Part shown: in pieces, positions 29,213-39,244 of the stretch
Numbering within the stretch: the first letter of the stretch is position 1
How the letters are laid out: each line of letters opens with the position of its first letter
NCBI GenBank assembly: GCA_008690995.1
Contig: VRMN01000003.1
Span: 62,001 to 126,000, forward strand
Length of the DNA: 64,000 nucleotides
Origin: Porphyridium purpureum
Lineage: Eukaryota
Reading direction: 5' to 3'
Program-made: the position numbers and the translations under genes
The notes under the pieces: model-generated
Seen by the model: the letters and a program-made list of their open reading frames with translations, nothing else
Told to the model about the DNA's origin: nothing
Database searches by the model: none

Positions 29213-30076
29213 TTACTGCACGTTGTGAAAATCTTGCATGCCAGGAATCGAGTAGGAGACACGCGTGACGCCCTTCTTCGCACGCACGCCTGTGATCTTC
29301 AACGCCTCGATTTCTCCGGTGTTCTTGACGTGTGTACCACCGCACGGGCACCCGGGAGTTCCAGGAACGAGCGTAACGACTCTCGGTGTGGTGTCAGGTT
29401 CGATATAGTCAGGCAAACGACCCCCGCATGCCTTTTGCGCGTCCACGTATGGCAGCATGGCAGACTGGGTTTGCTGCCTTTGAGCAATGAGCCTTTCTAT
29501 CTCCCGTTCCAACGCAGCACCCAGCGCTTGCTTGTCCGAGAATGGGTGCTGGTCGGCAAGTTTGCCTGAATATTCTACAAAGGCAAGCTCTTTCGTGTGA
29601 CTCCCTTTCGTCGGAACCAGTAATCCAGGGCCCAGCCCAATATTTGACATCGCGACGTCCAGCAGATGCCCGGCCGAGTGGATTCGAGCGTTCAGTCTTC
29701 GAGCTTGCTCATCAATCTGTACGTTGACCACATCGCCAGTCGCAAACGGAGTGACTTCAATTGAATTCTCGTCTCCGCGAAGGTCATACCCAGTACTATC
29801 ACCGGGTAAACACACATATGTTCCGTAATGAAACACTATGCCTTCCACGGCTTTCGCACGTGTCACTTTAAACTCGACGAAGCGGTCTCCGGCACTGGCC
29901 AGCGTCATGGTTGCCACGTCGCTAGTCTGCCCTCCTCCCGCGGGATGAACGATAGTAGTGTCCAGCACCACGACATGATCCCGTGCGTTCGTGGATGTCG
30001 CGTCCGGAGTCGACGAAACTACCCTGCTGGTGCTCGCGAACTTGTACGTGTCCTCGAAATATTCAAGCTTCGTCAT
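29213..30076 (-). CDS. Free-standing alanyl-tRNA editing protein (AlaX)
   Basis: MTKLEYFED, LDTTIVHPAGGGQTSD, HSAGH (HxxxH), CPCGGTHV (CxxxH). Confidence 0.9.
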   Translation of the reverse strand: MTKLEYFEDTYKFASTSRVVSSTPDATSTNARDHVVVLDTTIVHPAGGGQTSDVATMTLASAGDRFVEFKVTRAKAVEGIVFHYGTYVCLPGDSTGYDLRGDENSIEVTPFATGDVVNVQIDEQARRLNARIHSAGHLLDVAMSNIGLGPGLLVPTKGSHTKELAFVEYSGKLADQHPFSDKQALGAALEREIERLIAQRQQTQSAMLPYVDAQKACGGRLPDYIEPDTTPRVVTLVPGTPGCPCGGTHVKNTGEIEALKITGVRAKKGVTRVSYSIPGMQDFHNVQ

Positions 30077-30158
30077 GCCGACACTCCATCCTGACAGCCG
30101 GGGTGCTTGGCTGTTGAACCACATTTTGTGCCGGTGGAAAGTGAGGGAAGGAATCAAG

Positions 30159-31016
30159 ATGTTTCGGAGTGGTTTTGGAGCCGCGACGGCCATGGCGGCG
30201 CGAAGTACGCGCGCGGCTGCGTATCGCTCAGGCGCACAGAAGGTCATCCAATATCCCTGTCTGACTGCGGCGTCGGAGCGAAATCTAGCGACTGAATTCG
30301 GGCGTCGGCATGAATTTGTCGTGAATCCCTCTGTGAGGTGCTGCGTGACGCCCCATTCTTCCATCGACGGCGAAATGAGCGCATTGCAAACGCCATTCTT
30401 GAGGCATAGGCATGCGCCTGGGCGCGGCCGCGTGAACGCGGTGAGGAACATGGGCGCCGTCGCGGCGCAGGGTCCAAATGGCATGCCAAATTTGAATACA
30501 AGCCAGACTCAGTACGAGAATGCGGAGTCAGAGGCAGTTGAAGCTGCAGGCCACAACCAGAACGAGACCAATGACTTCTCACTGGTTCTTACCGAGCGGT
30601 GTATTGCGAGGCTACGAGAAATACAAGCGCTGCGCGAGAAGCAGCAGACTAGCACGACGCAACCAGCGGACGCGAGCACAGCAGACGGTGGCGGCACGGA
30701 GCAGGGTACAGGGCAGATACAGGGACAAGGAGCGCTGCTTGTTGCGCTGCGTGTGAGTGTAGATTCAGGTGGATGTTCAGGTTTTCAGTACAACTTCAAG
30801 TTGGAGAGCTCCGAAACGCTTGTTCCGCTCCCAGACGACCAAGTTGTGGAGAAGAACGGCGTGCGTGTGTTGGTCGACTCTGTTTCTGCGCCGCTTCTGA
30901 ACGGCGCGATCATTGACTACGAGCAGGAACTCATGCGTTCCGCCTTCATTGTTGGCACCAACCCGAATTCCGACACCGGTTGTAGCTGTGGCGTGTCCTT
31001 CGCGCCCAAACTCTGA
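30159..31016 (+). CDS. ISCA2: Mitochondrial A-type Fe-S assembly protein (ISCA2/HesB-like)
   Basis: LRVSVDSGGCSGFQY, IDYEQELMRSAF, CSCGVSF; long Arg/Ser/Ala-rich N-terminal extension. Confidence 0.9.
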   Translation: MFRSGFGAATAMAARSTRAAAYRSGAQKVIQYPCLTAASERNLATEFGRRHEFVVNPSVRCCVTPHSSIDGEMSALQTPFLRHRHAPGRGRVNAVRNMGAVAAQGPNGMPNLNTSQTQYENAESEAVEAAGHNQNETNDFSLVLTERCIARLREIQALREKQQTSTTQPADASTADGGGTEQGTGQIQGQGALLVALRVSVDSGGCSGFQYNFKLESSETLVPLPDDQVVEKNGVRVLVDSVSAPLLNGAIIDYEQELMRSAFIVGTNPNSDTGCSCGVSFAPKL

Positions 31017-31350
31017 GTGGTCACGCATGCCACTCCTCTTGTACGCAAGAATGCACGGCAGTCTGCGGTCCAGAATGTCAAAAGATGTGTGAAGCAACGA
31101 CTAATCTCCATTCGTACCCCGACCCAATGTCATTACAGCCAGCGCCATTTTCTTTCTTCACCGTGCTCTCTTTTCACATCGGTTCGTGCCACACGTCTTG
31201 TTTCTGCCGAAAGCGGAAAGTCCCGAATTGCCGCGACACAAGCGTTGCAGGTGCTACAGTGCGTTTGGAGGTTGGGATCGCAGCATGAGTGGCGAGGTCA
31301 GGCAGGAAACAAGGGCAGCAGGTACCGAGGTTAGCGGCTGAAAAAGCAGG

Positions 31351-34206
31351 ATGAGTACGGCCCTGCTGCTTTCATGGCTTGCGTTGTGTGTGACTTCTTG
31401 GATGGCGTCCGCACAGGGCGCGGTGGAGGTCGGCCGATTATCGGAGCTGGCGCACGGGCTATCTGGCCAAGTGACAGTGCTGGACACAAAGCGTGTGCAA
31501 ATTGACGGGCTAACGTACGACGGCCGCGGCCCGCAGGCGTTTTTCTGGGTTGGAAAGGGCCAGCCCGGCACAGACGGCGTCAAGGCACTCGAGCAGGGCA
31601 CGTGCGGAGCAAATCCGCTCGGACGCTATGATGGAGATACGGTGATTGTGGAACTGCCGCAGGGCTTGACCATGGCCGATATTGACTATGTGTCCATGTG
31701 GTGCATCGCCGCTCGACAGAACTTTGGGGACGTGCGCCTGTCCGGCGTCCGCGAGCAACTCGGAGCGTTGCCCAACCCGCAGGCTGAAGACCTGGACTGT
31801 ACAACGCCAGAAGAAGGCGAGGCGCCGGCTACCATGAGCTGCATGGAACTGGACCAGAATGCGCTGAATTTGCGGTATGCGCGTGATCCGTCCGATGAAA
31901 GTACGATGATGATTGAGCTGGAGGCCCGGGTAGGCGTGACAGAGTACGTGGCGTTTGGACTCTCTGGCAGCAGTCAATTCACGCTTATGGACAACGCGGA
32001 TATTATTGTGCTAACCGTGGACGCCGGCGGCTTTGCACGCGCGCGCGACTTCTTTGTATCGGGTCGCAATCAATGTGTTAATGGCGTTGGGGTGTGCCCG
32101 GACACCGAATCCGGGCCGCTCGCTGGATCGAATGATGTGCAAGTGGTGTCGTCGAGTCGCTCTGGTGATGTGGTGCTTGTTAAAATGCGCCGTCCGGTTG
32201 GGGCTTCGGATCCGGAACTTGATCTTGCGATTCCTGACGGAAAGGGGTTTGTAGTATGGGCAGTAGGCCCAATGAACGAAGCTCTAGACCTCCCGCTGTT
32301 CCACTCTCGTCACGCAGAAGGCGACGTCCAGGTTGACTGGGCTCCGGAAGTGATTGGAGATCGCTGTGTGTCTTTGATTGCGCAAGCAGAGAATGAGAAA
32401 GTGCCTGGGTGGCGACGCGAGCCGCTGCTCTTGGAAGAAGGCGTTCCAGTTTCGGTTCTCTTGGGACCCAGTGGGGGAGAGTATGGTATAGGTTCCATAA
32501 CGCAGCGGCCTCCGTGGGGGATCGGTTTCTACCTCAATGGCATATTGATTCCAGCCGTCGGTGTTGAACGAGGGAAAACGTACGAGTTTGTTATTCAAAC
32601 GGGAGATGATGCTTCAAACAGTGCAAAGTACCATCCATTTTACATCTCGTCGGATCCGTTTGGAGGCTACGTGGCTGACTCGGAGCTTGAGCAACGCGAG
32701 CAGTTTGAAAATGGTGAAATTTTCGCGGGCATCACTGGGTTGAATGAGTCAGACGGTTCTTTTCGATGGTACACCACTGGGAATGGAACGCTGTGCCAGA
32801 TAGAGGAAATAGAAGCGTCCTCGGCGCAAACTTTTGACACTTTTGAAGAGTACAATGCGACTCTGAATTACTCATGCACCGAAGATTCGGCGATAGCCGC
32901 CGGAGCCGGCCGCCTTGTTTGGTCAGTTGCTCCGGATACTCCGGATTTGGTATACTACCAATGCGTGACGCACAACAATCTGGGCTGGAAAATTCGGGTC
33001 TTTGATGAAGGCTCCGTTGATCTGGATGAGCTACGCGCCCTCTCGAACGTGGACCCGCAAACCGAAGAGAACCAAGAGGGTGCACCACAATGTTTGCTTG
33101 AGTTCAATGGCGAGACGTACCGGTACGCGAAGTGCTCGCCTATTTCGGAGCGCGGCATTGAGGCCGTAATCTACTCGACCGTTTTGTCTGAGACAGGAGA
33201 GCTAGATATGGCGTTCAGCATGGCACCCTCGAGCGGAGAGACAGGTTGGGTCGCCCTTGGCTTTGCAGAAACCTCTGGCGTGATGGTTGGAGCTGATGCA
33301 ATCATCGCGCTGCGCATGGCGGATGGAAGCATCTCGACAGAAGACTATGCCATGAATTCGAGGTCTTCTAGTGGTGTTCAGCCTGCGGGACGGCAAGCGT
33401 TATCCTTGGCGGAGTCGATATTTAATGAAAGCACGGGCAACATTGTTACTCGATTTCGGCGCTCCATTGGCTCGGTGACTCCGACTGCCGCTGCGCTGTT
33501 GCTCGCAAAAGGCCCGGCATCTGTTTCGAGCACAACCTTACGACAGCACAATTTCAGGACCGGGCTGGTGCTGGATTTGGAAAGTTCTGCTTCAGAGCCC
33601 ATCCTTCCGAATCGGCGTTCAAACTACTCTGCTTTTGTGGCGCACGCGGTGCTTATGGGTCTTGCTTGGATAATCTTGGTTCCATGGGCTATATTTATGC
33701 CTCGCGTGCTGCACTTCAAGGACCCGCTGTGGTTCAACTTGCACCGCGCTCTGAACCTCTTCGTCACCTGTATGGTTCTTTCCGCGTTTGTGGTGGCTCT
33801 CGTTTACGGGACCCGGACAGAAACTGCGCATTTGGTGATCGGGTGCATTGTCTTTGGCTTGCTCGTTCTTCAAATTGCCGGTGGGCTGCTTCGGGCGGAC
33901 AAAGGATCGGCAAGGCGAACTGCTTGGCGTATGGCCCACGTTTTGAGCGGCCGAGTCTTGGAACTGCTCGCGGTCGCCAACGTTTTCATTGGCATGTCAA
34001 TCTTTGGTGGAGTCGGATGGGGCTGGTACCTGGCCGTTGGTCTGGTCATTGGCTTGCTGATCTTCGTGTACGTATACTTTTTGAGCCGCGACTTTGTTAA
34101 GCAGTCGCGCGGCTCGGACCACGGAGCAGACGGGGGGCCTGTGGATTCTGGAAAAGATGCCGAAAGCGGCAGAGTGCCTAGCGAGCACAGCAACAGTGCT
34201 GCGTGA
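31351..34206 (+). CDS. Secreted/membrane DM13 + DOMON + Skeletor-like + DOMON + cytochrome b561 protein
   Basis: Signal peptide; DM13 (HGLSG...YDGRGPQAFFWVG...SMWC...NFG); DOMON (YVAFGLSG..M..AD); WGI.FYLNGILIP...YHPFYI...YYQC.TH..LGWKI; second DOMON (GWVALG..MVGAD); b561 His ligands (AHAVLM, WFNLHR, AHLVIG, AHVLSGR). Confidence 0.9.
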   Translation: MSTALLLSWLALCVTSWMASAQGAVEVGRLSELAHGLSGQVTVLDTKRVQIDGLTYDGRGPQAFFWVGKGQPGTDGVKALEQGTCGANPLGRYDGDTVIVELPQGLTMADIDYVSMWCIAARQNFGDVRLSGVREQLGALPNPQAEDLDCTTPEEGEAPATMSCMELDQNALNLRYARDPSDESTMMIELEARVGVTEYVAFGLSGSSQFTLMDNADIIVLTVDAGGFARARDFFVSGRNQCVNGVGVCPDTESGPLAGSNDVQVVSSSRSGDVVLVKMRRPVGASDPELDLAIPDGKGFVVWAVGPMNEALDLPLFHSRHAEGDVQVDWAPEVIGDRCVSLIAQAENEKVPGWRREPLLLEEGVPVSVLLGPSGGEYGIGSITQRPPWGIGFYLNGILIPAVGVERGKTYEFVIQTGDDASNSAKYHPFYISSDPFGGYVADSELEQREQFENGEIFAGITGLNESDGSFRWYTTGNGTLCQIEEIEASSAQTFDTFEEYNATLNYSCTEDSAIAAGAGRLVWSVAPDTPDLVYYQCVTHNNLGWKIRVFDEGSVDLDELRALSNVDPQTEENQEGAPQCLLEFNGETYRYAKCSPISERGIEAVIYSTVLSETGELDMAFSMAPSSGETGWVALGFAETSGVMVGADAIIALRMADGSISTEDYAMNSRSSSGVQPAGRQALSLAESIFNESTGNIVTRFRRSIGSVTPTAAALLLAKGPASVSSTTLRQHNFRTGLVLDLESSASEPILPNRRSNYSAFVAHAVLMGLAWIILVPWAIFMPRVLHFKDPLWFNLHRALNLFVTCMVLSAFVVALVYGTRTETAHLVIGCIVFGLLVLQIAGGLLRADKGSARRTAWRMAHVLSGRVLELLAVANVFIGMSIFGGVGWGWYLAVGLVIGLLIFVYVYFLSRDFVKQSRGSDHGADGGPVDSGKDAESGRVPSEHSNSAA

Positions 34207-36144
34207 GTGTGAAGCGAGAAAATAAATTTTTCGGCGCTCAAGTTGGAAGTGGTGGAGCTCTGTGTCTCTTTCTCACCTTTACCTAGTGTGTGTCTTCCTC
34301 GGGCTGATTCGTCCAAACAAAGAAAGGAGAGATAGAGCCGAATCCTCAGACTCAGGCTCTTGGCTACAAAGTATTACATGGCTTGTGAAACCTGTAATCT
34401 TTGTGTTTCTATACATTGTTTTCGATACACAGCCGCGACGTCCTGTGTCTTATGGCAGGTCAAAAATATTCTCTTCCGGTCTCACGCTTTGTCATATGAT
34501 GAGCCCTTGACGAGTCGTTCCATGACCATTTCGCAATCGTTCAGCAGGCCGCGAAAATGTGCCGTAGAAGCATGTCCTTTCTTCATTTCCATGTCCTTTT
34601 GGACAACGTGAAAGCGTCCGCCAGGGCAGGTGTCCAGTGGAAAAGAAGACACAATCAAGCCCAGCTCCAATCTGCCATGAGCTTGAAGAGAGGATTCGAT
34701 TCCTCCCAGTGCAGACTGATAGCACTCCCTCCAACTGCTTGCATTTCACAACTCCGTGCCGAGTTCCAGCATTAGAAGAATCCACAGCACAGGGTCCTTC
34801 AGATTGGATGAAAGATCTGCAGATTCGCGCTCGGGCCTGACGGGATGCAGACTGGCGAGAGTCCGAATCAGAATGACCACTGCACTGGACAAAAGCTCAA
34901 GGGTGTCGAGTTTCTTATCAGTTTGCTTGAAATCGCGTCAAAGCATCCATGCACCCACGCAGGACGGGAGAGCAGTGATGCATTGTGCTATCCACAAAAG
35001 CAGACTTTGATAATCAAGGGTCGCTTTGTTCTACTGTGATCGAACGTCCTTTCCCAAGTGGACAGAACTGTGCCTTCCATTATTTTCGACAGCCTTTCCT
35101 CTGCGTGCGATGCACCAAGCTTCTCACTTTCGATCCATTTAACATGCGTGCATCCCAGCCCTTTGACAAAGGACGCCATGAAATGGTGCCACTCCCTCCT
35201 CAAAGTTGACGTGTACTTTGCACAAGACGGACGGAAATTTGCACTCTCGAACATGTCAGCTGACCCTGCAAGGCAGTATTCAGTCGAGCAGGACGCCCGT
35301 CTGCGTCAACAGACTCACTGACGCCCACATAAGTCAAATGCACGAGACGATGGATACGGAACTGAAGTAGCATCAAGTAAATACCCACCATCGGAGAGAA
35401 GATTAAATGCTGCACGAACAATGCACAGCATGAGATCGCATGCAAACTTTTAAATTGTGCAAGTCACAAGCCAGTCGCTGGAATACCCCGCTTTTGCCTG
35501 TCGCTCGCACAATCGTGGAAGAGGACGAGGAAGAAACAGCGCAAGCCGAGGGATCCATGTTAAATAAGAAATAGTATCTCACTGAGAAGCCGCAGAAAGA
35601 GTAGGAAAATGTTTCTCAATGGGCCAACAGTCAAAGCCATCCTTCATTACCGGCACCATCGTCCTCGTATTCATCATCTCACGTGCTGTGAAATACATTC
35701 TCATAAACTTTGCGACAGCTCGATTCACGTCTCCTGTGTAAAGCAGGCACAATAATTCTTTGAAGGGTAAGACGACGGCTGCGTAAAATCCACGTGAAAG
35801 TGACATCCACCTCGTTCTAGCACCCCTGCAGGATCAAAGAGCTATAATACATTGGAAAACCATAGAGGTCTCGTCCTTGTGGTCTCTTCATGGACACAGC
35901 AAAAACGCTACCTCAGCAGGAAACCCGGAAATCACAGGTCTCGCTTCATAGCCCTGCCCCTGCACGGTAAGCCCACTAGTTTCAAGGCTCTGGTAGCAAG
36001 CAGCTCACACTCATAAACTTCTTCAAAATACGAATTACACCCGTGGCACGCTGCGTGTTGTCAGCACATGCACCTTCGTCCGTCGCATGAGCATCTCAAA
36101 GATTTCAGAAGTGTAGCTGTATTCTTGCATCCGCTGCTCCCGCG

Positions 36145-36149
36145 AAAAA

Positions 36150-36180
<31 letters not shown>
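36145..36180 (+). repeat. Interrupted poly(A) tract A16-C-A16-C-A2
   Basis: Read directly from the sequence. Confidence 0.95.
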
Positions 36181-36252
36181 CCTTTTCGTGCGAGCATGCA
36201 GAGCACATTAATTTGCCGCGCAGTGGTGGTTCAACTACGAGTTCATAGGCTC

Positions 36253-37305
36253 TCAGTTGCGTTGAAATGGAAGCACCTGATGCGTTTGACGGACTCGATT
36301 CACTGCGGCCCGGAAGCGCAGGATTTTCTCGCCCAGCACAGTGTCACTGTCAGCCATGTAGAGCTTGAATTGCTCGTGACTTGCGAAAAATTCCAACACC
36401 TTGAATACCGATGGCTGCGTGGCAGCCTTCCACACGGAAAAGCCTTGCATGGAGCCTTCTCCTGTGCACTTTCTGTAATGGTTCAGAAGCACACTATCCA
36501 TTGCACCCACCTTGGACGCACGGGTCCAGTCTGCGGTAATTACGTGCGAGACGACAAGCTCGGCAGAGCCAAGTGCAGATTCGCATTCGGCGTGCGTCTC
36601 CACGTATTCAGCCGGCACATACTTAACCACCTCGCGTAGTGGTGCAGGTAGCTTTTCGAGACTGAGCCGCAACCACTCCGACGCCCCTCGAGAAGGCACT
36701 AACATCATGTGAAGCGGCGGCGTCTCGCCTTTAGTTTCACCAAAGTACGGATCCGCGCATCTCACAAGCACAAGACACTCGCGGGAGGCCGAGTCAGGCG
36801 GGATGCGAACTTTCATCAAGCTCAAATGCTCCAGAACCTGCTCTACTTGCTCACTTGTCTTGGTTAGTACCGTGACGTGGACTTCAGGGTCAACGAGCGA
36901 AGCAAACTCGTTCATCAGTTCAGGATCGACGCCCATCGCAAGCTGCTCGTACTGTGAGATCACCTGCTGCTCTCCTATATCCATGTTTGTCTCTGCAATC
37001 TGACGAAGTATTTCATCAGTGTCCGGAAACGGCTTCTTTGCGTTACTTTCTCTTGCATTTCCCAAATCCTGATCATCCTCATCGTGAGCATGAACTACGG
37101 TCTGTGCGCTAACACTCTTTCCTTCTCTCAAGGGCCCGGCGTGAAACGCACACGTAGGCAAGTTTATAGCCCGGCTGGTGCATGTGCGATAAGTCTGCAC
37201 TGGATGTGGTAAGTTGAGCGAAGAACAAGCTCGCGCGTGCCAAATTCCTCCGTCCCCGAAGCGAGGCCCGCCACCCGAAGCAATGATCCAGCACGCGCAA
37301 TTCAT
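36253..37305 (-). CDS. Hypothetical protein, probably plastid-targeted, with a C-terminal ABM/dimeric alpha-beta barrel-like domain
   Basis: Long ORF; C-terminal EG...FSVW....PSVFKVLEFFASHE.F..Y resembles the ABM pattern. Confidence 0.55.
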   Translation of the reverse strand: MNCACWIIASGGGPRFGDGGIWHARACSSLNLPHPVQTYRTCTSRAINLPTCAFHAGPLREGKSVSAQTVVHAHDEDDQDLGNARESNAKKPFPDTDEILRQIAETNMDIGEQQVISQYEQLAMGVDPELMNEFASLVDPEVHVTVLTKTSEQVEQVLEHLSLMKVRIPPDSASRECLVLVRCADPYFGETKGETPPLHMMLVPSRGASEWLRLSLEKLPAPLREVVKYVPAEYVETHAECESALGSAELVVSHVITADWTRASKVGAMDSVLLNHYRKCTGEGSMQGFSVWKAATQPSVFKVLEFFASHEQFKLYMADSDTVLGEKILRFRAAVNRVRQTHQVLPFQRN

Positions 37306-38052
37306 CGTCGTTTGCTGCAAGCAAGTCACGGCCGTCGTCAGCTGGACAGCTAAGCCCCGCCGGTCTGGCTCTTCACTGCCTGTCGTGCGGCACAATGGAA
37401 TTAAGGAGCCCACGAAATCCGTGACGAATTTTTGAAAATGACTTTGCCAACGATGCCATACATCGCCTGAATCCTCGCGGGGCCGCCACGGAAGCAGCTG
37501 GACGTTGCGCCTCGTCGTTTATTAAAGACAATTCATGAAGTCAGGCCGCACGCAGCACATAGTTCTCGATCATCGACCTGGTCCGACTTGTCCACTGTCC
37601 TCGTGGTTTTCTCAGCGTGCTTGGTTTTCGTGGACGGGCACGTTGAAAACGGTACGTACGGATGCACTGCCGTCCTTTGTGTTCTATTCTGTGCCATATC
37701 GGACGGGACATGTTCGCCAGCGAGAACGCTTCATGCTTTGATGGTCGGCTTGGAATGGCCTGGTACCGCTTTGGCCAAAAGTCTGAGGCAGAGTCCAGTC
37801 TCAGAAAGCAGTCCCCAAAGATACCGAAAACGTCCATCCGCTGGGCCGCATGCTCCTCGGGGCCAGCTTTCCGTTCCCCGCGTCGTGCGTCAGGTTGCTG
37901 CTTCCCACTGTGTCACGCAGAATTTTCCTACGGAGCGCGTGCGTGCCCACACAGATTGGACGAGGGATCCTCAAACCATTTTTTACACGGAGAAAATGCA
38001 AACTTCCTCCCTGAAAACCAGCTGGATAAACACGAACCGAGCTCTCGTTTAC

Positions 38053-38496
38053 TTACGCCGTTAAGACGCAGACGCCGCCCACTTCCTTGATCTTCTTCTC
38101 GGCGATCTTGCTAAAGAACTTTGCCTTGACAATAACTGGCTGCTTTGGGAGCTGGCCGCGACCCAGAACCTTGAAATACCCCGCCTTGTACGCGTCGATG
38201 ACCGGCGCGACGTCCGTCTTATCCGCGTGCTCCTTGCGCACATCCTCGCCCACCAGCGTCCAAATACGATCCAGGTTGATCGAGGGGCAGTGGAACTTGT
38301 TCTGCGTCTTGTGGAAATACCTCATTCCCACCTTCCCAAAGTAACCCGGATGGTACTTGTCAAACAGGATTCTCTTGTGGTGCTGGCCACCGGCGTTACC
38401 GCGGCCTGAGGGATGCTTCCTGTGCTTCCCAATACGGCCGTGTCCGGCGGACACATGACCGCGCTTTTTCCTATTCTTGTGCAGTCTCGTCGGCAT
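38053..38496 (-). CDS. RPL27A: 60S ribosomal protein L27a (uL15)
   Basis: [40 protein letters not shown]...[15 protein letters not shown]. Confidence 0.98.
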   Translation of the reverse strand: MPTRLHKNRKKRGHVSAGHGRIGKHRKHPSGRGNAGGQHHKRILFDKYHPGYFGKVGMRYFHKTQNKFHCPSINLDRIWTLVGEDVRKEHADKTDVAPVIDAYKAGYFKVLGRGQLPKQPVIVKAKFFSKIAEKKIKEVGGVCVLTA

Positions 38497-39244
38497 CCTT
38501 CCTCTTTCCCACAAAGACTTTCGCTCCCCCGCTCCTTCTCCCTCAACACAGCTTCCCACTCTCTTCTCCTCACCCTGCCCTTCAATCCACTAATCCTGGC
38601 TCCTTATGATCCAGAACGCCAAATCGTCCAAGCGCGGTTGGTCGCCACGGGTCTATCAAAACGCTCTCGTTTACTTATCCTCCCACGCGCTCCCCCGCGG
38701 CGGCGGCGGGCGCAGTCGAAAAAGGTGGAATGGCGCATGGAATTGTAATGCTACATTTCGCACACAAACTGTACCTCTGTCGGTCTGAGCTTCAGGAGCT
38801 TGTGGTCGGTGGAGTCGCTACTGCAGGTGCCGGTGGCATGTTTGTTTCTTGGACATATGCTGTGATGCACGAGTTCGTGGACATACAGCGCGGTGTGGCG
38901 CATCTCTGCGCTGCGCTCGTGCTGCGTCCACTGCCTCCGCGCATTGGCTCGCGCCGCGCACACGACGCTACCCACCTCCTCACCAAGCAGGCACTCACAT
39001 GATGCACTCGAGCTGGCGCACACCCGACACTGCCGCCGTGGCGCTCTGACGAAACGCGGCGGCTCATGCACGGCGGCCGCGCATCACGTGAGCGGTCAAT
39101 GCTCCACCAGCCTTTACACTCACAGCCAAGCCCATGCTGAACCCTTTCCGAGAATCCTGCCGAACATGTAGGTTGACGGCCAGGGGCGGTCGTGAGCAAG
39201 ATCGGCGCGAGGTGGACCCGAATGACAAGGCATGAGGAAGTGGG

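Noticed and set aside
35394..35410. GAGAAGATTA resembling the U6 snRNA core
   Set aside because: It lacks the full ACAGAGA box and the following AGCATGGCCCCTG; chance match.
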